From Desulfurococcaceae archaeon (GTDB lineage Archaea; Thermoproteota; Thermoprotei_A; Sulfolobales; Desulfurococcaceae), in assembly GCA_038888155.1 (NCBI GenBank), contig JAWAJB010000002.1, positions 1 through 64,000 of the forward strand: DNA of 64,000 nt. The letters run 5' to 3'. The notes beneath the pieces were generated by a model that searched no databases, had not been told where the DNA came from, and was given only the letters and a program-made list of their open reading frames with translations. Numbering within the stretch: the first letter of the stretch is position 1; each line of letters opens with the position of its first letter. Shown piece after piece: positions 33,859 through 43,262 of the stretch. A program made the position numbers and the translations under genes.

Positions 33859-34899
33859 GTGTTGGAAATAAAGGTATTACAGGAATCTACTTTTATGCAC
33901 AAGCCTTTATCCGAGCACCCCGAAAACCACACTAGAATAATTAGGGTAATAAACGCTTTAAGCACATCTGGAATAAGTTTCAAAACCGAGTGCATTGAGT
34001 CATTTGATTTAAGTGAGTCAATTAAACTGGCTACTAGAGTGCATGCTAAGGGTTATGTAGATTACTTGTTGAAGCTCTCTCATAGGGCACCTCTAATCAT
34101 AGACGAAGATACATATATGTCCAAGGACAGCTTGAGATTAGCTCTAGGCACTCTATACGCGTCATACTACCTCGCCTTAAGTACAAAAAATACAGTATTT
34201 GTGGTTTCAAGACCTCCGGGGCATCACGCAGGGAAAGGAGGTAGAGCAATGGGCGCATCAACTTTAGGGTTCTGCCTATTGAATAACGCTGCTGGCGCAG
34301 TTGAGGGCTTTAGAGAGAGGGGAATCAGAAAAATTGCATTATTAGATTTCGATGCTCACCACGGTAACGGAACCATGGAAATATACTACAGCGAGAAAAT
34401 TCTTCAAGTCGATTTTCATCAAGACCCTGACACTTTAAGCCCGTGCACTGGCTACCCCGTAGATCGAGGATCTGGTAGTGGATTTGGCTACAAAGTTAAT
34501 ATCATATTGCCCCCAGGATCTGGCGATGACTTGTTTGAGCATATTTTAAATCAGGTAATAGCCTTAGTTGACGAATACACACCAGAGGCACTAGTAGTAT
34601 CTGCTGGCTTTGATGCCTATGAGAACGACGGCCTTGCAGATTTAAGGTTAACAGATATATCATACTACAAGTTGGGCAGTATTATCAAGCAGATGGGGGT
34701 ACCAACCATAATTGTTCTTGAAGGAGGATATGGCGTGGGCTTATTGCGAGGTTTAATTTCATTCACGGAGGGTGCCCTTGGCTTAAGTAGAGATTACATC
34801 CATTCTACGAGAACGCTTCCGCTGATATTTCAGAGAGCGAGTAGATTAGCTAATAAAGTCCTCGCAAGAGCTCATAGGAAAATAGCACGGGGTGTCTGA
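33859..34899 (+). CDS. Zn-dependent histone deacetylase-family protein
   Basis: HPE, RPPGHHA, GFCLLNNA, DFDAHHGNGT, SAGFDA, LEGGY. Confidence 0.95.
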   Translation: MLEIKVLQESTFMHKPLSEHPENHTRIIRVINALSTSGISFKTECIESFDLSESIKLATRVHAKGYVDYLLKLSHRAPLIIDEDTYMSKDSLRLALGTLYASYYLALSTKNTVFVVSRPPGHHAGKGGRAMGASTLGFCLLNNAAGAVEGFRERGIRKIALLDFDAHHGNGTMEIYYSEKILQVDFHQDPDTLSPCTGYPVDRGSGSGFGYKVNIILPPGSGDDLFEHILNQVIALVDEYTPEALVVSAGFDAYENDGLADLRLTDISYYKLGSIIKQMGVPTIIVLEGGYGVGLLRGLISFTEGALGLSRDYIHSTRTLPLIFQRASRLANKVLARAHRKIARGV

Positions 34900-34902
34900 G
34901 CG

Positions 34903-35472
34903 ATTGAGAGAGAAGTTGAAGTAAAGCTATCCATTATAAATGTAAACAAGGCTAAGGAAGTGTTGATATCGATTGGGTGTACGCTAGTTCGAATTTGCAC
35001 CGAGATAGATGCTTACTATTCTCATCCGTGTAGAGATTTCGCGAAAACCGATGAAGCTTTAAGATTTAGAAGAAGGACCTGTAGTGATGGCTCAACAAAC
35101 TATATTATATCTTACAAAGGCCCAAGGCAACACACCAATATACAGGGGTTAAAGGTTCGCGAGGAACAGGAAATAGCCGTAGATGAGGAAGAGACGTGGC
35201 TGAAGCTGAGGAGCATATTTGAAAGACTTGGGTTCAAATTAGTAGCGTCATTTGCTAAGAATAGAGAGATGTACAGCGGGATAGATTTTGAAGCGTACTT
35301 GGATACTTTAATTGGAGTTGGCCACTTCATTGAAATCGAGGCAAAGAAGCGCGAGAGCAGGGAACTTTTAGAGAGACTGATGTTGCACTTCATGAGGACT
35401 CTAGGAGCGAGCGTAGTTGACAAAACCTATCTCGAAATATGTCTCGAAACTGGCAGTTGTACTACAAGCTGA
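34903..35472 (+). CDS. cyaB: CYTH-domain protein (class IV adenylate cyclase-like), probable ATT start
   Basis: ExExK (EVEVK) lies upstream of the track start in the same frame; DAYY, DEALRFR, YKGP, REE, FIEIE, TYLE. Confidence 0.88.
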   Translation: MEREVEVKLSIINVNKAKEVLISIGCTLVRICTEIDAYYSHPCRDFAKTDEALRFRRRTCSDGSTNYIISYKGPRQHTNIQGLKVREEQEIAVDEEETWLKLRSIFERLGFKLVASFAKNREMYSGIDFEAYLDTLIGVGHFIEIEAKKRESRELLERLMLHFMRTLGASVVDKTYLEICLETGSCTTS

Positions 35473-35545
35473 GTTTTATTTCCCAGTCTTAGAATCGAGC
35501 ATTAATAATATGGGAAAACCTATGTAAACTCAGAACAGCCTAGGG

Positions 35546-36172
35546 ATGTTAGATTTGTACCAGTCGGGGGAATACGTCACTAGGATTATTTACGAGAAAA
35601 TAATAAGTGAACAAATGCGTAGGCTCAATGAGATCAAAGATCCAAGCATAATATATGTAACGGACCTCGTTTCCTGCACCCACAGATACCACATGAAAAA
35701 AGCATATCCCGAGCTATCTATCCTGTTTGAACCTGCAGCCATCTTAGGGGATATCGCCCATTGGGGGCTCGAGGAGCTACTCAGGTCTAAAAACTTAGAG
35801 GTCGAGGTTGAAGCATCTCGCTCGTTTAATGTAGACGGTAAAGTCTACCTAGTTAAAGGGAGAGTCGATGCGGTGGATAGAATTAGGGGCCTTGTCGTGG
35901 AGATTAAAACAGCTCGTAGCGCCGCTAATTTACCTAGAACGCATCACGTTAAGCAGTTAAATGTTTACCTAGAGATCCTAGGCCTAGAAGAGGGTGTACT
36001 GGTTTACATAACGCCCGAGAAGATCCTAGAGTACGTTGTTGTGAAGGAACACATTGACTTAGAGTCAGAGATAAGGGAACTTGTGAGGGATAGCTATCAC
36101 CCAAAATACGAGTGGGAGTGCCAATACTGCGTATACAAAAAGATGTGCCCTTACTCGGTTTACACTAAATAA
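35546..36172 (+). CDS. cas4: Stand-alone Cas4-family PD-(D/E)xK nuclease with four Fe-S cysteines
   Basis: YVTDLVSC, GRVD, EIKT, QLNVY, ECQYCVYKKMCP. Confidence 0.88.
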   Translation: MLDLYQSGEYVTRIIYEKIISEQMRRLNEIKDPSIIYVTDLVSCTHRYHMKKAYPELSILFEPAAILGDIAHWGLEELLRSKNLEVEVEASRSFNVDGKVYLVKGRVDAVDRIRGLVVEIKTARSAANLPRTHHVKQLNVYLEILGLEEGVLVYITPEKILEYVVVKEHIDLESEIRELVRDSYHPKYEWECQYCVYKKMCPYSVYTK

Positions 36173-36227
36173 GTGTTGGCGACATCCCAGGAAATTTAAT
36201 AGCTTTCCTTAGAACTGTATTACATAA

Positions 36228-36277
36228 GTGATGAGCGCTCGGGTTAGCTGACTTATGATGAAGGTTTTGAGTGCTGA
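36228..36277 (+). ncRNA. Box C/D guide sRNA with canonical boxes
   Basis: GTGATGA (36228-36234), 13 nt, CTGA (36248-36251), ATGATGA (36255-36261), 12 nt, CTGA (36274-36277). Confidence 0.92.
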
Positions 36278-36513
36278 ATGCGTGCTTTTACTCCAAAAAT
36301 ACTTTTTAATAACAGCTCGCGATCACTAGCATACTTTGGGCGCATGAAAATAGTGTTTTAGGTGCTAGCTGGGATCGCCACGACTCCAACTCTTCCGGAA
36401 TGAACTAGATGTAAGACTTCATCTTTTTGCCGATATCCAAGATGTTGGCCTGGGCAAGATTTGGCGATTTTTTAATTGGACCTCAAAGGGGATGTTATAT
36501 TGTTTTTAACTGT

Positions 36514-37350
36514 TTAGGTTAGCATATGATAATCTCTCGTAGGTACTTTTTTTACTTTTACTCGTTTGTAGACATCTGCACCTAGGAATTTGGCAGCATT
36601 GCCCATATAAATAGCTACTTCAAAGAAGCCCCATGAATTAATATAGCACGCCATCTCTCCCTTCGACACCTTGCAGAATGTAGTCTCATATATGCATGTG
36701 TAGTTCTTGTCGTCTAGGACAAGTTGCAATTTCGTCCCATAGGGGAGCTTAAGGGCTTCAATGTCTCGTGCCTTAATGTTCGTCATTACATTCCCATAAA
36801 TATCCACGTATAAAATACTGCCGGTTATGCTCCCCTCTTCTACGTTAATAGAAGGTTTTTCAACAGTGATCTTCAGCAGACTCTCGTACGCTATTTCAAC
36901 ACCTACATCCTCTAATGGTATGCCCCTACTAACCCATGCAGCAACAGGCGCGAAAATATCCCTCCCGTGAAACGTTTGAGATACCTCTGGCAGTCTGTAA
37001 TCTGAGTTAGATATATCGAAGGCCCTTTTTACGCCATCTCTTTCTGCTAGCAGAGTTAAGCACCCATTGTCGGGGCCTAACAATACATAACGCGTTGTTT
37101 CCAATAAGAGAGCTCTTCTAGTGGTACCCACGCTAGGATCAACTATAACAAGGAAGATTGTTCCGCGGGGAAAGTAGTCTGCGGATACGTTAAGCATTAC
37201 AGCCGCTTCGAGGACGTCATGCCTTGTAATGCCGTGGGTAATGTCAATGATTTCCGCGTCTTGGTTTATGGACTTAATTACCGCTTTGACAACACCGACG
37301 TACACGTCTCTGTATCCGTAGTCGGTCATTAAACCTATTAGCCTCCTCAA
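36514..37350 (-). CDS. SAM hydroxide adenosyltransferase (DUF62)
   Basis: LMTDYG, IDITH, VDPSVGT, GPDNG, TFHGRDIFAP, DIYGN. Confidence 0.95.
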   Translation of the reverse strand: MRRLIGLMTDYGYRDVYVGVVKAVIKSINQDAEIIDITHGITRHDVLEAAVMLNVSADYFPRGTIFLVIVDPSVGTTRRALLLETTRYVLLGPDNGCLTLLAERDGVKRAFDISNSDYRLPEVSQTFHGRDIFAPVAAWVSRGIPLEDVGVEIAYESLLKITVEKPSINVEEGSITGSILYVDIYGNVMTNIKARDIEALKLPYGTKLQLVLDDKNYTCIYETTFCKVSKGEMACYINSWGFFEVAIYMGNAAKFLGADVYKRVKVKKVPTRDYHMLT

Positions 37351-37403
37351 GTCATACCCCCATTCTTATGTTTAAATAGCACTATAGTAATTAACAGTAA
37401 GCG

Positions 37404-37462
37404 CCGGGGATGGATACGACGGGCGGCCTGATCAATGATGACTTAAATAATTTTCGACCCGG
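37404..37462 (+). ncRNA. Box C/D guide sRNA; D' guide complementary to the 16S decoding region (predicted Cm1402)
   Basis: CCGGG/CCCGG terminal stem; degenerate C box GGGATGG, guide ATACGACGGGCGGC, CTGA, ATGATGA, 12 nt, TCGA. Confidence 0.75.
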
Positions 37463-37465
37463 TAA

Positions 37466-37524
37466 ACCTACCGATGATTTACAGCGGATAATCTGACTTT
37501 GTGATGTTGAATAATTTATGAGGT
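37466..37524 (+). ncRNA. Candidate second box C/D sRNA in tandem
   Basis: CCGATGA, 15 nt, CTGA, GTGATGT, 10 nt, ATGA; ACCT/AGGT ends. Confidence 0.55.
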
Positions 37525-37592
37525 GTTGAATTGAAAACAGCAATATAAAGCCTCAACACTTTACAGTTGTGATTGGTACATAGGGGTTAGGC

Positions 37593-38507
37593 ATGTCTCT
37601 AAGTATATCCACTAGGAGTTTGCTGAAGAACACCTGGTTTCTCTCGAGCGAAGGGTTTAAACGGGGCTATTTATTCATATACGGCCCTAGAATTCAAGAT
37701 GCGGGCGAGGAGCCCGAACCTGAGTATGACTTATCGGAGTTGATTTACGACTTCGAAAGCGATGCAATTACTGTTCACGGATACAGCGTATTAGTTGATG
37801 TCGTTGAATTCATTACAAGGCACATTAGAGATGTTGACTTATCTGTATTCACTAGGCAGGAGATTAAGAAGCTAGCTGAAGTCGGTTTAGTTAACGCTTA
37901 CATGAATGGAGTAACCCTCCCAATTGCTAAGACAGATTATCCCGAGGCTTTACTTGATGTAGCCAGAGAAAATGGAATGAGAGTTGGCGTTTTAGCAGAG
38001 AGAGGGACGGTGGCAAGGAATCCATTTATATTACTTCTTGAAATTGACAGCGGATGGATTTATTATGAGGATAGAAAGGTAGGAGAGCATACATCTATTT
38101 GCAGGCCAGCTATTCATAGGGAGGACTGCCTGGTCTTAGATGCTAGGGGGTATGGAAACTTGACAACTGCCATTGAGGAGACCTATAGGTCTAGCTCTGA
38201 TCCGATTATTTCTTATAAGTTGCTAACAAATGCTTACAGCTTATGCGGTGTGGATACGGGATATGTCGAAAAAGGATCAGCCTCGGACCTGATTATATAT
38301 GACTTAAAAAACCCGCTTAAGACAGCCCCTATCAAGACACAGCAGCATATGTTCGCCGTTATTGCTAGGTCGCAACAACCGGATATAGTCCTAATTGGAG
38401 GGGATATATTCTACGACCATGGAGAAAACCTTGCAATCCCCATTGTCAAAGTAAATGAACTGGTGAGGAAAAAGCTCCTAAACCAAAAGAACTTAGGAGA
38501 TGTTTAA
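37593..38507 (+). CDS. Amidohydrolase-fold protein lacking the metal-binding HxH
   Basis: AYMNGVT, GYVEKGSASDLIIYD, PDIVLIGG match the amidohydrolase scaffold; no HxH. Confidence 0.65.
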   Translation: MSLSISTRSLLKNTWFLSSEGFKRGYLFIYGPRIQDAGEEPEPEYDLSELIYDFESDAITVHGYSVLVDVVEFITRHIRDVDLSVFTRQEIKKLAEVGLVNAYMNGVTLPIAKTDYPEALLDVARENGMRVGVLAERGTVARNPFILLLEIDSGWIYYEDRKVGEHTSICRPAIHREDCLVLDARGYGNLTTAIEETYRSSSDPIISYKLLTNAYSLCGVDTGYVEKGSASDLIIYDLKNPLKTAPIKTQQHMFAVIARSQQPDIVLIGGDIFYDHGENLAIPIVKVNELVRKKLLNQKNLGDV

Positions 38508-38766
38508 CGCTCATAAAAAATCTCAATCGAGCCCTCTACTATTGCTAAATATACTCTCTTCTCATTTGATATAGTTAATTACCAGAAGAAAGCTCGCAAT
38601 TTTATTGCTAAAATCAAGGACTTAATTTAAGGGCTCAACTAATATTGCTCTAACTTTAGCTGGCGCTCCTCTGTGAAAGTATTCAATTAATCGTGGGAAA
38701 AGGTGCAGAAAAATACGAGGATCGAGCGATTTCGAATATAATTCGCGCGGTACCTCGCACAGTTGA

Positions 38767-38840
38767 TGGGCCCGCGGGGATTTGAACCCCGGACCTCCCG
38801 GTTATCAGCCGGGCGCTCCACCAAGCTGAGCTACGGGCCC
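38767..38840 (-). tRNA. tRNA-Ile(GAU), intronless
   Basis: Reverse complement GGGCCCGTAGCTCAGCTTGGTGGAGCGCCCGGCTGATAACCGGGAGGTCCGGGGTTCAAATCCCCGCGGGCCCA. Confidence 0.97.
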
Positions 38841-38965
38841 CTTTTCAGCAATATTTAGCTTAAGGCTTTTTAAACGCAAATTATTAAACAAATAAAGCAC
38901 TAAAGATCTTTAAATTTGTTATTGTTAAATACCTCTTCCGAGTTTTAATAACTTGGTGCATAATA

Positions 38966-40792
38966 GTGCACGGCTTCTGGGGAAAGGTATTATACATTAG
39001 CTTATCAAGGCAGCAGGCTAAGGAAATATCCCTAGACCCAGAGATCTACGCCGAGTACATTGGAGGGAGAGGGTTGGCCGTTAGACTCCTCTGGGATTTA
39101 AATCCAGCTGGAGTGGACCCTCTATCACCTTACAACCACTTAGTGATCTCCACAGGCCCCCTATCTTCAATGCCGATTCCCAGTAGCGGTAAGGCAGTAG
39201 TTGCATCTAAGAGCCCGTTAACAAACGGATATGGGGACGGAAACATTGGAACAAACGCTAGCTACCATCTTCGAAGAACTGGCTTCGACGCAATAGTTAT
39301 TACAGGATCCTTTAGGAAGCCTGGATATCTCTATATTGAGAACAATAAGGTGGAGTTTTACGGTGCAGAGCACTTATGGGGCTTAGATACATTCAGCGCC
39401 GAGGATAAGCTAGCTCAAGAACACGGTAAAAACGCAGGGTTCTTACTTATTGGTCCTGCTGGCGAAAACTGTGTTAGGTACGCCACGATAATGTCTCAGA
39501 GAGGGAGAAGTGGCGGCAGGCCTGGACTTGGGGCAGTAATGGGCAGTAAAAAGCTAAAGGCACTAGTAATTAAAGGGACATTGGACCCTACTGTGGCCAA
39601 CAGCGAAGAGCTTAGAAAGCTATCCGAGGAGGCCTATAAAAAAGTCACGGCGAGCGATAACTACGACTTTTGGATTAGACAGGGCACAATGGGCACAATA
39701 GTTTGGAGTCAGCAGAACAGTTGCTTGCCAACTATGAACTTTAGAGAGGGAATGTGGGAGAGCTATGAAACAATCAGTGGGGATTTAATGGAGAAACTAA
39801 AAGTAGCTAGAAGGGGGTGTCCTTACTGCAATATGGGCTGTAGCAATATTATAGTTGACGACTCAGCAGAAGAGAGCGAGCCAGACTATGAAAACGTAGC
39901 CATGCTCGGTAGCAATATATTGTTAAGTGACCTAAGAAGGGTAGCCGAGATTAATAAAATTGCCGATAAAATGGGTTTGGACACTATTAGCCTTGGAAAT
40001 GCGCTTGGCTTCTACATGGAGGCAAGCGAGCGGGGGCTTGTCTCAGAGAAGTTGGAGTGGGGAGATTACGGGGGAGTTAGGCGACTTGTATTGGACATAG
40101 CTCATAGGAGAGGTTTAGGTTCCTTCATTGCTGAAGGCGTAATGAGGATGTCCTTAAGCCTTCCCGAAGAAGCTCGCGACTTTGCTATTCACGTTAAAGG
40201 ACTAGAAGTATCTGCGTACGATTGTCACGCTGCGCCTGGCATGGCTCTAGCTTATGGCACCTCTCCTATAGGGGCGCATCACAAAGACGCATGGATTATA
40301 AGTTACGAGGCGCGAACTGACAGGCTTGGCTACACAAGAGAAAAAGTAGAGAGGTTGATCTACTTGCAGGACATTAGGGGCGGGATGTTTGAGTCGCTTA
40401 CAACGTGCAGATTACCTTGGGTAGAAGTAGGTTTAGATATTGAGTACTACCCAAGATTTCTCTCATATGTCACCGGACTCCCTTGGACAATCGATTACAT
40501 TAGGTTAGTCGCCAATAGAATATACTCTCTGATAAGAGCTTATTGGATAAGGGAGCACGGTCACTGGTACAGGGAGATGGACTACCCCCCCGCGAGGTGG
40601 TTTAAACACCCCCTTACGAAAGGACCTTATGCCGGACACAGGCTTGATTTTGGAAAAATCAACACTTTGCTTGACACATACTACGAATTAAGGGGATGGG
40701 ACAAGCGAGGCGTACCTAGAAAGGAGACGCTGAGTAAGTATAACTTAGAATTCACTGTACCTACCATTGAGAGCCTTGTTGGGTTTACTTAA
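38966..40792 (+). CDS. for: Tungsten-dependent aldehyde:ferredoxin oxidoreductase family, formaldehyde oxidoreductase (FOR)-like
   Basis: SKSPLT, GRPGLGAVMGSKKLKA, GCPYCNMGC, DYENVAMLGSN, DKMGLDTIS, GAHHKDAW. Confidence 0.9.
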   Translation: MHGFWGKVLYISLSRQQAKEISLDPEIYAEYIGGRGLAVRLLWDLNPAGVDPLSPYNHLVISTGPLSSMPIPSSGKAVVASKSPLTNGYGDGNIGTNASYHLRRTGFDAIVITGSFRKPGYLYIENNKVEFYGAEHLWGLDTFSAEDKLAQEHGKNAGFLLIGPAGENCVRYATIMSQRGRSGGRPGLGAVMGSKKLKALVIKGTLDPTVANSEELRKLSEEAYKKVTASDNYDFWIRQGTMGTIVWSQQNSCLPTMNFREGMWESYETISGDLMEKLKVARRGCPYCNMGCSNIIVDDSAEESEPDYENVAMLGSNILLSDLRRVAEINKIADKMGLDTISLGNALGFYMEASERGLVSEKLEWGDYGGVRRLVLDIAHRRGLGSFIAEGVMRMSLSLPEEARDFAIHVKGLEVSAYDCHAAPGMALAYGTSPIGAHHKDAWIISYEARTDRLGYTREKVERLIYLQDIRGGMFESLTTCRLPWVEVGLDIEYYPRFLSYVTGLPWTIDYIRLVANRIYSLIRAYWIREHGHWYREMDYPPARWFKHPLTKGPYAGHRLDFGKINTLLDTYYELRGWDKRGVPRKETLSKYNLEFTVPTIESLVGFT

Positions 40793-40840
40793 TTACTTTA
40801 ACTTTTTTTACATTAGCATTAAGAAAGGTAAGCTCTGAGT

Positions 40841-41227
40841 GTGTGTTACTTGAAGGTTAAAGGGGTTGTATTCTCGGGAATTGGCGAAGGAGCTCATTAC
40901 GTGAAACTTTATAGTGAAGGGCTCAAAAAGCTTCTCGGCGAGATGCCCTATCCGGGCACTCTGAATGTCATTTTGGAAAATTGTTTTAATAGTTTAGTGA
41001 GCAATATTACACCAATCGTTCTTCATCCTCCTAGCGAAAATCTGGGGGCCGTATATGTTTACTTAGGCTACCTATGCAAGCTAAAAGTGCTTGTTATTAG
41101 GCCATCCATAACGAAGCATGACTGTAGAGTAGTTGAGCTAGTTTCAAATGTTCATTTAAGAGGGTTACTCGGACTTAGAGATGGAAATGTCGTTGAATTA
41201 GAGATAGTTAATTGGAACCCTAACTGA
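40841..41227 (+). CDS. ribK: CTP-dependent riboflavin kinase
   Basis: SGIGEGAHY, PYPGTLN, VVELVS...LR..LGL.DG. Confidence 0.9.
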   Translation: MCYLKVKGVVFSGIGEGAHYVKLYSEGLKKLLGEMPYPGTLNVILENCFNSLVSNITPIVLHPPSENLGAVYVYLGYLCKLKVLVIRPSITKHDCRVVELVSNVHLRGLLGLRDGNVVELEIVNWNPN

Positions 41228-42776
41228 GAGGCAAAAGAATCTTCTGTATGTACTCTACATAGGAGTTTATACCTAGGGTTAACTGCTCAGCCGCAGAGCC
41301 AAACACGCTAGAGAGCACTTGAGGTGAAAATAGCGTTGCAATCCCCAGTAGTACTATCAGCACAACCTCAATCAATAAGGATAAGTAAGCGTGGTTCATT
41401 TTTAGCTTAGTTAAGGGGACGAGCGGTGTCCCTAGCAGTACAGTATAAAGAAGCTTCATGTATGCTAGGAGACCAATAGCACTAGCCAAGATCATCGAAA
41501 TTGCCGCAATAGCGTTATACTCGAAGAGAGCTTGATAGAGAAGCAACTTAGCTAAGAATCCCGGCAGTGGGGGTATACCTGCGAGAGCCAAAACCGACAT
41601 TGTAAAAGCTGCGCCAGCTATTGGATACTTTAACCCGAGACCAGATAACTTCTCGAGATCTCTTGATCCGCTCACTTTAATGAAAACACCTGTGCTCATA
41701 AATAGAGTTGCTTTGGCAAGGGAATGAGCGCATACATAGTAGAGCGCTGCCTGTAAGCCTCCGTCAGAGCCGCATCCAACCCCCATAAACAGGAATCCTA
41801 AGTTCATAATGGTCGAGTAAGCTATTAGTCTCTTGACATCTCTCTGTGTGTTCATTAATAGCGACCCTACAATAGCAGATATGCACCCCATTATTATTGT
41901 AGTCAGCGAAATAATGGACTTAATAGCACTGACCGGAGCAGGCGGATTCCACATTGCGAGGTAGAGGAACTTGCAAAGTCCAATGAGCCCCGTGTTCACA
42001 ACTAGACCGCTGAGAAGAGCAGAAATAGGTGTAGGTGCCGCAGGATGAGCGTCTGGAAGCCAAAAGTGGTTGGGGAACACTCCGCTCTTTATACTGAAAG
42101 CCCACAATACAAGTACAGAAATAGCGCCCAGCTCTATGGTTTGCAGTACTCCCTGACTAGAAGATGCCCTTAAAGAGAAGTCAATAAAGTTAAGTGTGCC
42201 GTATGCGCTGTAAACTAATCCCATTGCGAGGAGATACAGCGTTGTCCCTAGGGAACCTATAAAGGCGTACTTGATGCCTGAAACTAAAGCATTTAATCTG
42301 CGTCGGTAGTACATGACTAACGCGTATGCTGAGACTCCAGTTACTTCAAGCATTACAAATAAGTTAAACATATCACAAGTGTACAGTACTCCAAGTATGC
42401 CCGATGCATTACCCAATAGAAGCACACAGTACCATGGATAGGACTCATCTGTGATATAGTTGATGCTGTAAATCGATATCGCAAACAGTATCATAGCAGA
42501 TACAGCGCCTACAAGTGCAGTGAACCGATCTGCGATGTAGGCTATTCCAACAGGTGGGGGCCAGCCTCCCGCCTTAAAGACTAGCGGGTGCTCATTATGA
42601 TAGGTCTCTATTGCTATTGCAGAGGATATGAAGGCAGTTAGTGCTAGAGCTGTAGAAGTATAGTACATAACTACAAGCCTGCTTCTCGACAACATATATA
42701 CCAATGGTATAGTGAAGGCCATTATGAGAGGAATGAACGGAGTTAAGCCTATGAGGACGCTAATCACTAGTCTCAC
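41220..42776 (-). CDS. mnhD: Mrp/Mnh antiporter subunit D (proton-conducting membrane subunit)
   Basis: GGWPPPVGI, DMFNLFVMLEV, HFWLPDAHPAAP, KRLIAYST, GIPPLPGF.AK. Confidence 0.92.
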   Translation of the reverse strand: MRLVISVLIGLTPFIPLIMAFTIPLVYMLSRSRLVVMYYTSTALALTAFISSAIAIETYHNEHPLVFKAGGWPPPVGIAYIADRFTALVGAVSAMILFAISIYSINYITDESYPWYCVLLLGNASGILGVLYTCDMFNLFVMLEVTGVSAYALVMYYRRRLNALVSGIKYAFIGSLGTTLYLLAMGLVYSAYGTLNFIDFSLRASSSQGVLQTIELGAISVLVLWAFSIKSGVFPNHFWLPDAHPAAPTPISALLSGLVVNTGLIGLCKFLYLAMWNPPAPVSAIKSIISLTTIIMGCISAIVGSLLMNTQRDVKRLIAYSTIMNLGFLFMGVGCGSDGGLQAALYYVCAHSLAKATLFMSTGVFIKVSGSRDLEKLSGLGLKYPIAGAAFTMSVLALAGIPPLPGFLAKLLLYQALFEYNAIAAISMILASAIGLLAYMKLLYTVLLGTPLVPLTKLKMNHAYLSLLIEVVLIVLLGIATLFSPQVLSSVFGSAAEQLTLGINSYVEYIQKILLPLS

Positions 42777-43262
42777 CTACTCAAGAATTTTAAGAGCAAA
42801 CTTTTCAAATTCATCACTAATAATCTGCTTTGCCTCTAGCGGATCCACTGTTTTCACGTCAATCCAATTCACGTAAAAGTAGTCATCTTTTTCATCTACG
42901 ACAATTGTTCCAGGGGTATTAGTGATAGATCCCATTACTAGGAGCCTAGAGTACCTAGATTTAACATTCACAGGCACTTTTACTAGACCGGGCCTTAAAT
43001 CCATCGTGAAAATTCTCTTAATGACATCTGCGTGTGCCCTCAGCTCAATTATGGAGATGTATTTAATGAAGTAGTAAATTAGGTAAATCAACCTCATTGG
43101 TTCTCTAAGTTTACGCTCGTTTGTTATCAAGTACTTTGATGAGATGGCGCTGAGAATTATAGATACCGCAAGGCCTGTGAGCAAAGTATATGTAGATATT
43201 GACCCCACAAATACAACGTAAACAGAGAAAATAATGAAGGCCACTAAAATGTACCTCAACAC
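42777..43262 (-). CDS. mnhE: Mrp/Mnh subunit E
   Basis: SITNTPGT motif. Confidence 0.9.
   Translation of the reverse strand: MLRYILVAFIIFSVYVVFVGSISTYTLLTGLAVSIILSAISSKYLITNERKLREPMRLIYLIYYFIKYISIIELRAHADVIKRIFTMDLRPGLVKVPVNVKSRYSRLLVMGSITNTPGTIVVDEKDDYFYVNWIDVKTVDPLEAKQIISDEFEKFALKILE

Noticed and set aside
35546-36514. CRISPR-Cas locus suggested by cas4
   Set aside because: No repeat-spacer array and no other cas genes seen anywhere in the window
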